Positions 25,560 to 36,800 of a stretch of DNA of 64,000 bases are shown here, piece after piece. Numbering within the stretch: position 1 is the first letter of the stretch; each line of letters opens with the position of its first letter. Source of the stretch: Eledone cirrhosa (taxonomy: Eukaryota); NCBI GenBank assembly GCA_964016885.1, contig OZ024740.1, positions 204,600,001 to 204,664,000 on the forward strand. The letters are read 5' to 3'. The notes beneath the pieces were generated by a model. It saw only the letters and a program-made list of their open reading frames with translations. It made no database searches and had not been told where the DNA came from. The position numbers were made by a program, and so were the translations under genes.

Positions 25560-27330
25560 AAAACTGTACAATATACATTGCAATAAGGTAAAAATATAGG
25601 AAAAGAAGAAAAAGAAAAAAGAATTGAGCAGCAAAAGAAAGGAAGAGAGGGAGAGATAGACTCTGCATTCCAGTGTGTGCAGTGTTTCAGCTGTGCCACT
25701 CCCACAAAATGGCAAAGGCAAAAAGCAACAAAAAATAGAATGACCAGCAACACTCGCTGCAACAGCCACCCCTTCTCACATGACTCCTTCCTCAAGTGAG
25801 TGGCTGTCTTTCTTATTTTATGGAGGAAATCAGCAGTGCAGGCACCGAGGACACCTGATGTCTCGAAGGCAACCAGTACAAAAAGGAAGCAGTCACTCAA
25901 ACCCCAATATTTCTCTTCTCTGCATTGCGGCCATCGGTGCTTGGGTTTGCAAGCAGCAGTGCCCAGGTTTGCTGGACAGCAAGTGCAGACCAAACCTAGA
26001 AACATCAGCTCCACAATGGCATTTGTGTGACACACACACATGGAGGCTAAAGCATAAGCCACTCCAATCAAAGTGCACTTATCAAGAAGAGAACCAGTTG
26101 ACGAGGAGAGCAATGAATTGAGCTATGTGCCGCTGTCTGATTGTGAGGCAGGCAAAACAGCGTTGGTCCAAGGAAGACTCACACTTGATATCCCAATTAT
26201 GTTGGATATCTGTATACTGGTGGATGTTAAGGCCTACATCAGTCCAATCAACCAGAATTAAGTATTTCCCAGGCCACATCAGATTCTGCCATTGTGCAGA
26301 GTACTTTGTTGATGAGGGTGCAGCTGGAAGAGATTAAAGAGAGATAGATCAGTAGTGCCTAGTCTGAAGTGGATCGGAGACCAAGGTCACTAAATTTCCT
26401 TTGTGGGTCACTTAGCAGCAGAGTGCGGTGAGATTAGATCTCTTAGGTGGACTCATACAGGCCATCTACTCCGCCACTGCTGCTCTTAGAAGTATCTCAG
26501 GGCAGCTATCATGTCTTCACTGGATGCAGTCAAAGTAACATCGCTGGCAGAGGCTTGGAAGTCCCTGATATCAGCCAGAGTGTCCAGCTGCTTAAGACAG
26601 AGAGTGGCTGAGACATCTGGTGTGGGCTGGAGTATCATGTTGCTTGAGGCCAGCACATGCTCTGCAGCAGAAACATCAACCTTAATTAATTTACAATTGA
26701 CTTGAAAACAGAGTTGTTTTATACAATCAAAAGAGGACTGTGTATGTGGTGTCAGCACAGGTGGACTACATGAGAGAAGTGAGAGGCTAGTTGGTGAGGG
26801 GTGGCAGAAGGAAACAATGTTGCCTCTAAGCCTTGAAGTCAGGGAGATGTCTGAACCCTCCCCTATATGAAGTCTTGTGGGCTGTTGGTAGTGAGTACCT
26901 GGTCGATGGATGATGTGAGATATTTGGCAGCAAGACTGCAGGCAGCCTTGGGGAGTCCTGATGACGACTCTCCATGACTGCCTGAAGCGAGATTGTTACC
27001 CAAGACCTAGTCTGGGCTGAGCAGAATTAGGTCCCCATTGTGCCATGCTCCTGTGTCCATGTGTGGCGTCAAGAGGGTTAAAAAGCACAGGCAGTACCAC
27101 TGGTGCAAGGATTCCAATGCACGTTCAGTGAGTTTGACGCAAGAAAGGTGGAAGAAATTGTTACAGTTGAGACACTTCCTTCCTTTCTTCCACCTATTGT
27201 ACATAGCACAAGTGGCACTGCTCAACTTAGGGTAGAGGGTCGAAGAGGGGATAAATATGGAGGGGCCTCGGGCATTTATACAGCTACGATGAGTGATATG
27301 GCTGAAAGTAACACCAACCGTAGCTGGGTT
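25560..27330 (-). mobile_element. Decayed CRE-like non-LTR retrotransposon (N-terminal PHD-like finger, RT core deleted, C-terminal REL endonuclease)
   Basis: KCLNCNNFFHLSCVKL...WYC is PHD-like. Also RTPKAACSLAAKYL, DVSAAEHVLASS, HLRDLIS, SSTGSLLD and EEKYWGLSDCFLFVLVAFETSGVLG. Many stops and frameshifts. Confidence 0.6.
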
Positions 27331-30300
27331 TAAAAAACAACTGGGGTTTGAATTAAATCGTATATACGTAAATCACACACCTATAATTAACTTAATTTGA
27401 ACCTGCAAATTAACAAGCATTCCATTTCCTACAATAAAAACCAAACTTTCTAAAGAAAACTGTTTCCACGTATAGATATTTATATATAGTCATCTCCTAT
27501 GAAATAAGTTTCAGAACTCAAAGATTTTTACACATACATTATTTTAATAATCTCACCAGTTTTCAGCTACACAGGAAATGCTTAGCTTTAAATTAAATAA
27601 CTTGTTTTTTCTATGTATAGTTAATATGCCTGCTTAGCTTGGTTTTTATTTTCATCATCCCTTTGTCTATTCTGAATGTATCTTCTGAACATTAGTCTAC
27701 TTTAAGTCTTCTCAACTTGTTGGAAAAAGATAAACTATGACAATGTAGCCTGTTAAAAATAATCTTTCAACATAATGTGACCTTCCCATAAAATAGATTA
27801 CAAATCATGTACTGTGAGGATGAAATGTTTGAATTGATAAGGTAATATATTACAAGCTCATTATGGATTGGCAGAATATCACTAAGAGACGGGAAAATAA
27901 ACAATGAATTGCAAAAGAAGATAGAAATAGAGTTAGAATGAAATGGTTGGGTCATGTATTGAGAAAGGATAAAAGTGATTGAGTGAAGGGAATGATGGAC
28001 ATACATGTAGAAGGAAGTAGAGGAAGGGGAGGACCAAGAAAGACATGGTTAAAAAAGATTGGTGGGAGGTGGATGCAGATGATAGGGTAAAATGGAGAAG
28101 TTTGCCATGTGGCCATGCATAACTAACCTCTATAACAGGGCTTTCTATTGAAATACATTACTCTTTTACCTGTTTCAGCCATCCGGCTGAGGCCATGCTG
28201 GGGCACCGCCTATAATTTTCAACTCAATTTTGAAATTATCAAGAATTTGGAGGAAGTTAATAATATAACTTTATTAAGCTGGTGTTTAGAAGTTAGTAAT
28301 ATAACTTTATTAAGCTGGTGTTTAAAACATGACAGGTTTTTAGATAAATATAAACATTTTAAAATAAACAACTTAGTATTGTAGGACCAGGGGCAGATTC
28401 AGACACTTTGGTAATGAAAAGGTTAAAAACAATGTTTTATAGCACATATAATATAAGTTGTTATTAAACAATGAGCAGTAAACAACAAAGTCATTCTAAA
28501 GACTAAAACACAAACAAAAAGTTCCAAAAGAGATTTAAGAATGAATTATGAGAACAATTAATTTAGTTGTGCAACATGGTAATAGAAATATTTCCAAAAA
28601 TAAACTGACAAAAAGAAAAAATAATATAAAAGAGATAAAACAAAATATGGAAATCTAATTTAAACACTGCAGAGAAAATATAACTGCAATCGATAAAACT
28701 AAAGACTTATTGAGAAGTCAAAAACATTAATACTATTTATTACCAAATAGTTTATTCCATCCATTCTGCATCATTCTGTAACAAGGCAAACTATGAAAAA
28801 CCTGTCACATCAAAACTAAGAGAGGTCTTTGTCAGTTTTGACAATGAGTGTTTTGTTGGATGTGCAATGTAAATGTGAGGGAAAAGCAAAGATTGGACAA
28901 GCTGAGTGAAAAGCTGGGCTTAAGGGGAATCTGAGATGGTGAGCAGGAGAGAAGATTGCATTGGTTTGGACATGTGATGTGCATGGACAATGACTGAAGA
29001 AGTGCCAGGAAATCACAGTGGAAGGAAGCCACAATAGAGAATGACCAAGAAAGACCTAGGATAAGGTCGTGAGAGTGGACCTCAAATCACTAAGACTGGC
29101 AGAGTGGATGACAAAAAATGCAACAGGTGGAGATACGCTGTGCTGAGAAGGACCCATCCAACCCATGCAAGCATGGAAAAGCAGACGTAAAAACACGATG
29201 ATGATGATGATGATGTTTCAATTGTTTGATGATAACGCAACATGCCTGCATGGTTAAGAGGTTTGCTTCACAATCATTAGATCCCGGGTTTGATATACTG
29301 TTCAAAATAAAACGTTTTATAAAAATCAACCAATAATTGATAATTAACCCACCCTGTATAGACATAACTTTATCATACACTTCAGCTGCTTAGCACACAA
29401 CTTAATATATATATATATAAAGTGGTCATGTAAATGTCACAACAAAAAGCACCCAGTACACACTGTAAATGTGGTTGGCATTAGGAAGGGAATCCAGCCA
29501 TAGAAACCTAGACAGAAACAGTTCTATATGAGCAAGACACGGTCACCTGACCCAACTTGCCTCAAACGAAACAACCCGTTTAACACATGCTACCATGGAA
29601 AATGGACGCTAAACGATGATGATCATAATATATATACATGATGAACTTCTGCAGTTTCTATTTACCAAATTTCACTCACAAAGCATTAGTCAATCCGAAG
29701 GGCTATAGTAGAAGGCACTTTTCTAAGGTGCCATACAGCTGAATTGAACCCACAACCAAGTAGTTGGAAAACAAACAATTTAACCACACAGCCATATCTA
29801 ATATATATATTCCATAGCTTTGATGTAATATTACATGCATTTCTCTTTCATCTCATGAGATAGATTTTATAAATATTTCATAAAATCATGAATTTACAAA
29901 ACCGATTGAACATGAAACAATGCCAAAATATTCACTTTGATCAAAATTGGTTATGAAATCATGTTTTCTCTGTTTGTTTGTTGCTGTTTTTTTCTCTTTT
30001 TTTTCAAAAAAATAAAAAGACAAGCATATGAATGGAAAAATGTTAGCAAGTATTTTGAAGTTTTTTCTCTCTCACAAAACTAAATATAATTTTTTTTATT
30101 TTATTAATTTTAGCCAATGAACTGTGGTCACATTGGGGCACCAATATCAGAATTTTATTTCAGCTTATATTTGGCGATGAATTTGTTTTGCAAGGTTTTT
30201 TATATGAAATCATGTGTCGAAACAAATATTGTTATATTTGGGGAGGGTCATATTGTTGTAATAATATTGCCAGAATTAATAACAGAACACACTCACTGTT

Positions 30301-30375
30301 TGGTTGGTTTTCGCTTCTGTATCTTTTGGTCCTCAATGTTTACCATTGACTGACCAACGGTCAAAAATACAGATA

Positions 30376-30708
30376 TCATCATCATTTTATATCCGCTTTT
30401 CCCTGCTTGCAAGGGTGGGACGGGAACTGATTCTGGCTTGATTTCTACAGCTGGATGCCCTTTCTAACACCAACCTCATTTACAGTGAGTGCTGGGTGCT
30501 TTTTTGCCGTGGCACCTCCATAACTACTTTGCAGTGGAATGATAGGGATCCCAGTCCTATCATCTCATTTCTACAGCTGAGTAAACTGGAGCAATGTGAA
30601 ATAAAGTGACTTGATCAAGGAAACAACAGATCACCCGGTCTGAGAATTGAACTCACCACCTTTCGATTGCAAGGCCAATGCTCTAACCACTAAGCCATGT
30701 GCCTCCAT
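30376..30708 (-). mobile_element. tRNA-derived SINE with RTE-derived 3' tail, inserted in the left Penelope arm
   Basis: A-box TGGCTTAGTGG, B-box GAGTTCAATTC, and tail GTTGGTGTTAGAAAGGGCATCCAGCTGTAG...(ATG)n. Absent from the right arm. Sister copy at about 16450-16730 (+). Confidence 0.8.
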
Positions 30709-30739
30709 ATAATAAAGATATAAAGACATATATATAGTC

Positions 30740-30785
30740 TAACAAAGTTCTTTCGTTGCACATCTGCAATATCGTCAGTGGTGCT
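30740..30785 (-). ncRNA. Minimal type-I hammerhead-ribozyme-like motif in Penelope pLTR
   Basis: Minus strand: ACCA CUGACGA U AUUGCA GAUG UGCAAC GAAA G AA C UU UGUU. Confidence 0.55.
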
Positions 30786-31375
30786 ATTATGTTCCTCCTG
30801 TTGTATTGTATATCTACGCCATCTTTATTTTATGTTTATTTATTTATTTATTTATTTATTTAATTTTGTCTTCTTCTCTGTGCATGCGTTTGCGTGTGTG
30901 TATAGTGTTTGGTGTGTGTTCGCGTTTGGGTGACTGTCTTTTGGTTATTGTATTCTATATTAGTTTACTAGTGTGTGTTTATATGTGTTTGTTGTTATTG
31001 TGCTTGTGTATATATATATATATTTCTCTTAAGTCAGTATTGTTTGTTTTGTTTTATTCCATTCATTTTTTCTGTTTAGTTTTGGCCTTCTAAGTTCTAT
31101 TTCACTGGCCTCTCTGATTTGCCTATCTGCCGGGTCATTTCTATGTTTAGATATTATTTTAATTTCTATGTTGTCTATGTTACCGCCGTGTTGTTGTCTG
31201 GCGTGTTCGTATAGTACTGAACCGTTCTTTCGTCCTTTTAGTTCCCCCCAGTGTTGGTCTATCCTTTCACCTATGTATGTTGTTGTCATGTTTCTGCAAG
31301 TACCCTCTGTACATCTTATGCTATAGACTATGTTTCTAGTTTTACAGTTTATCCGGGGGTTTACTTTACATATAA

Positions 31376-33352
31376 TCATCATCATCATCAGGTTTAGCGT
31401 CCGTGTTCCACGCTTGCATGGGTTTGGACGGGGGTTTTCCCACTTGAGGCAAGAGTGGTTGTCTTGCTCGCATAGGACTGTCTGGCGGGTTTTCTACAGT
31501 TGGATGCCCTTCCTAACACCAACCACATTTACAGTGTGGGTCTGGGAGGTTTTTACCGTGTTGCCTACACGGCCACATTTACAGCGTGGACTGTGTGTTT
31601 TTTGTCGTGACACCTACACGATCTCATTTGTTTCGGCCTGGATGTTGTGGGACCAACATAACTTTACATTGAAAGGGGCGGTGTGGGTGGGGTGGAGGTG
31701 GTGGGACGGGGGTGTGTTTTGATAGAGGTGCCTACTGACTGTAGTAGGTTTTTACTTTGTATTTAGGTAAGGCGGGTCTTCTCTATTACTGAGTACCGCC
31801 AAAGGTCTCGGTCCAGTGACATTGTCTTGGAGAGGTGTAGGCGTGTGAGGTCGGAATTTATCAGCTCGTCCCATGTTTTTCTGGGTCTGCCTACTCCGTG
31901 GCTACCGTCTATCTTTATTGCCCTGCACTTTGTTATACAGCTGTCGTCTTTCATGCGCATCACGTGACCGTACCAACGTAGCCTTCTCTCGAGTAAACAA
32001 CATCTGATCCCTCTTATTTCTAATTTTTTCCTTAGTTCGTTTATGCTTTGCCGTTCACGTATATTACTATTGCACATCCAGCGGAGCATGCAAGCTTCGT
32101 TCCTCTCTAGTCTGCGTATATCCTCTGCACACAATGCCCAGGTCTCACTGCCATGCAGCATTGCTGTTCGTATGCAGGCATCGTATAACCTGCCTTTCAT
32201 TTTTAGGGAGAACCCTCTAGCGGCTAATAGTGGTATAAGCTCTCTGAACTTTTTCCATCCAGTTCTGACTCTAGCTACTGTACTTTCAGAGCACCCTCCC
32301 CCACTGCTGATTTTGTCACCCAGATAACGGAAGCTGTCCACTATTTCTATAGAACCCTCTGCGCAGTTGAAGGAGCTAGTATTTTGTGGGCACTTGCTGC
32401 TACTTATTGCACCAGAGCACCGGCCACATGTAAAATCTATGTTCTTAGTTAGCTTACCTGTGATCCCACTACATCTTTTATGCACCCATACTTTGCATTT
32501 GGGACATAAAATGGAGTTTCTACCTACGCCTTTCCTACACACTGAGCATGGCCATTTCCCCGATGGGACCGCCGCCTTATTTTCTTTCCTACAAACTAGA
32601 ACTTTAGTCTTAGCCAGGTTAATTTTAAGGCCTTTTGATTCTAGGCCGTGCTTCCACGTTTGGAATTTCTTCTCTAGTTCGGTCATTGATTCAGCTATGA
32701 GCGTTAGATCATCTGCGTATAGGAGTTCCCATGGGCAGCCGGTCTTGAACTCCTCTGTTATAGCCTGAAGGGCAATAATAAATAGTAGGGGGCTAAGTAC
32801 AGAGCCCTGATGGACACCAACTTTTACGCTAAACTCTTCACTATATTCGTTGTTAATTCTAACCTTACTGACTGTTTCTTTATACATGGCTTGTATAGCT
32901 CTCACAAGCCATTCGTCAACACCTAGTTTTCTAAGAGACCACCAGATAATGGAACGGGGGACTCTGTCGAAGGCTTTCTCCAAGTCGACAAAAGCTAAGT
33001 ATAGGGGTTTACTTTTAGCTAGGTACTTCTCCTGTAGTTGTCGTACAATGAAAAGAGCGTCTGTGGTACTTTTGCCTGACACAAACCCGAACTGCATTTC
33101 ATCTAGATCAATTCTCTCTCTGATTAGTTGCGCTATTACTTTTTCCGTGACCTTCATGACCTGGTCGATTAATTTAATGCCTCTATAGTTACTCCTATCT
33201 AGGGCATCTCCTTTTCCCTTATAGCAGTTAACGATGATGCTGCTACGCCATTCCTTCGGAACAACCCCATTCTGTACGACTTGGTTAACTATCCGGGTGA
33301 CCATGGTGTGACCATGGTGTGTCCCACCGAACCAGATGCCTTCAGCATCTTT
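31376..33352 (-). mobile_element. 5'-truncated RTE-clade LINE nested in the Penelope element
   Basis: Uninterrupted RT with NYRGIKL, FVDLEKAFDRV, GVHQGSVLSPLLF, LLYADDL, a PHD-like Cys insert (CSVC...CPKCKVWVHKRC...CGRC) and RRLRWYGHV. Stop at 31763, then a 3' UTR and (ATG)n tail at about 31376-31390. Confidence 0.93.
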
Positions 33353-36300
33353 CCTATTAGTCCAGTGGGTTTTCTTAAAAGGGTATGTTTTGCTGATCAG
33401 GAATTTTATGGTAGTTCCTGGCTTTTCTACCACTTTAATCTTTAAGTGGGTCTTTCTCATGGCCTTTCTACTCTGGTTAGCTAATTTCCCTCCACGGGTA
33501 GCGTCCACGAACATGACACTCTGGTATCTCTGGTTGTTGTACTATGAGGTGGCTTTCCCTATCTTATGTTTAGTCCTATCTAGGCTATTCCATGATTTGC
33601 TTCTGTATAATGGGCAAATTCCTTTCATGTCCAGTTCTATGAGGGTCTTATACTTCTCCGTGGCTCCTTTGTATACTCTGATTCTGTCTCTTTGGTTGTA
33701 GCCAGAGAACTGCATGCGGTTGATGAAGTGTTGGATGCGTCTTTCCATTTCTGTTGGGTCGCACATGCAAGACACGTTCTTCATCACCCGTACCAAGTCT
33801 GCGATCAGAATATTAAACTTAGCACTACTGGCCATTGCTGAGTCTTTGAGTATCAGGTATTTGGAGGCCATGGGTTTAGCGTAGTGTGAGTGGAGAATTT
33901 GGGCCCTCTCGTCTATAGTGTTAATCCAGAGTTCCGTGTCTAATACAGATAGTCTACTATTAGGGTGTTTGGAAGGGTAGTCGATAGTTACAGTTATACT
34001 CTGGTGTATGGAATTAGCTATCTGCTGGATGCTTTCCATTGGACTACATTCTAAATCATACTTGTTAGTACTCTCGTGGGGATGTCCTTATTACTATATT
34101 AATGCCGTCTGCGTAACGAGAGTACATGATGAGGTCTATGGAGCTCTCATCAAGATCTTTGAGTCTCCTTTCCCACTGTACCATAAAAAGGTTGGCAACG
34201 TCACCAGCTATGCTAACGCAAATGGCTGCTCCCTCATTTTGGGTGTAGATCTTCGTTGAATTTGAATATGTGGCCCTTTCGGGTAGTTTTAATACTAGCC
34301 CCTATTGCATGCGCAACCATTTTTCTTACTTGATCATTGTTTTGGGGGGTCCGTATGGCTGTGGTCCACCCAATCCACCTTCCCATGGGAGTCTTTTTTG
34401 CCATTGAGGTTATGGTGGGGGGTGTACCTCTTATGGGTCTACTGGGGCAGAAACGGCTAAGGTCATGGCTGGCTAGGTAGTCAGTGTCGTAGGTAAGTCT
34501 AAGTAGGAGGCCCAGTTCGTCTGTGTTGACGTCGCAGAACTCCACCTCACTCTCACTAATCATCTCCACACATTTTTCCACAGCAAAATCAATGTTAATG
34601 TATGGGTACAGTGATACCACATCCATACTGCCTATTATGCAGTTGGATAGGTTTTTGTTTTTGTTGCATTCATTGATTCTGTTGAGGAGGTCCTCTGTAC
34701 TGTCACATACATCTGGGGACATCTTGATTATGGGGTGTATAACCATTGAGAGGAAGTAGGAGATCCTGTAGTTGCTAGAGATATTGGCTCCGCATACAGG
34801 TCTTGTTGGTGGTCCTGTTGTTGGGTCGTCGATTGTCTTATGGTCTTTGTGGAGCCCATACAAGGGTGGTATGTCATTGTTAGACGCCTGGAAGTTGTTG
34901 GCTGTGCGTTTGCTTGGCTTTAGGATGTCGGTCCACATCATCATGTGAGCGTTGAGGATCTTCTCTCTCCCCTCATGTGTTTGTTGTGTAATTTCGCTCG
35001 TGTTGGTGATGTGGGGTTGCATAGCCTTGATGTAGTTTGGCATGCTGTCTATTGACATCCTACCAGACTTATCCGTGGATAGACATACTACCTCACCATC
35101 CCTTGTGCGCTGCTCGAAGCTAACTAAGCCTTCTACAGGTTTCCTTCCAAGTTGTTGGACCTCTGGTCTGCTCTGTCTCTTAGTATAACGGTCTACTATT
35201 TATCTAATCTTATTTCTAGCTATGGTGAACTGTGCCTCTGTCTCGTCATCTATTTGTTGTGGTATACAAACCCTTTTATTAAAGAGTAACCTCGTAGGAT
35301 AAATTTTACTCATTTTATATGTTTTGTCAGCTGGATTGAAGAATAGTTTCTCTAAGGGGTTTTCATTATGTTTATCGTCATAGTTGTGAGTGTTGCTATT
35401 ATTGTTATTATGGTTGTTGTTATTCTTACAGTTAACATTATTATTATTGTTATGATTGCTAGGTGTATTGTTGTTGTTTTCTCTATTGTTATTGTTGTTG
35501 TTACTGTTATTTCTACCATTGTGGTTGTTACTTTTATTATTATGTTTCTTGTTGTTTTTGTGTCTATCATTAATATTGCTATTCGTATTATTTCCATTAT
35601 TACTACTGTGGTTGTTGTTGTTGTGTCTATCATAAATGTTGCTACTCGTATTATTTCCATTATTACCACTGTGGTTGTTGTTGTTGTTGTTGTTGTGTCT
35701 GTCGATGTTTCCATTATTATTATTGTGGTTGTTGTTGTTGTTCTGTCTATCGTTAATATTACTACCATTATTATTGCTACTATTTCTCACTCTCCTGCTA
35801 TTGTCATTGTTATGACTATTACTATTATAGCTGTTATTTCTATACTCAGAGTTATTGTCAGTATAGTTGTTGTTGTTTATTTTCGCATTCCAGCGTATTT
35901 TTGTGAAACACTTTTCCAGCTCCGTTTTACACTCGGTTGGATTTTTCTTTTTGTAGATAGCAAATTTCGGTGGGAGCTGTAGAGCCTGTTGTTCTTGTTC
36001 ATTGATTAAAGTGTTCCCATGAATATTTATTGTATGGTCTTTGGTAAATTCTGCCGGTAATGCTACGTCTGTCATACGGATATTGTTGATGTTATCTGGA
36101 TATTTTTGTAAATTTTCTATTTTCCTTTCTTCTTGTTTTTTCTTCTTCATCCATCCTAATTTCTTATTGAAATGTCTATTGCATTCGTTTTGAGCATATT
36201 TTGTTTCACGTCGAATGATGCCCATGAGTTCATCTATCTCATTTGGTGTGGTGAGATTTTGAACTTCCTTAACGTTAACACTGGGGGGAACTAAAAGGAC

Positions 36301-36754
36301 GAAAAAAACGGTTCAGTACTATACGAACACGCCAGACAACATGACGGTAACATAGACAACAAAGAAATTAAAATAATATCTAAACATAGAAATGACCCAG
36401 CAGATAGGCAAATCAGAGAGGCCAGTGAAATAGAACTTAAAAGGCCAAAGATAAACAGAAAAAAAATGAATGGAATAACAACAACACCCAAACAAACAAT
36501 ACTGACTTAAGAGAAATATAAAATAAATAAATAAATACACAAGCACAATAACAACAAACACATATAAACACACACTAGTAAACTAAGATAGAATACAATA
36601 ACCAAAACAGTCACCCAAACGCGAACACACACCAAACACTATACACACACGCAAACACATGCACAGAGAAGAAGACAAAATTAAATAAATAAATAAATAA
36701 ACAGATAAAATAAAGATGGCGTAGACATACAATACAAGAGGAGGAACATAATAG

Positions 36755-36800
36755 TACCACTGACGATGTTGCAGATGTGCAATGAAAGAACTTTGTTAGA
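36755..36800 (+). ncRNA. Minimal type-I hammerhead-ribozyme-like motif in inverted Penelope pLTR
   Basis: ACCA CUGACGA U GUUGCA GAUG UGCAAU GAAA G AA C UU UGUU. Confidence 0.55.

Noticed and set aside
30640-30708. tRNA gene (also at 6270-6345 and 19030-19090)
   Set aside because: A and B boxes are present but there is no complete cloverleaf, and they run into SINE bodies.
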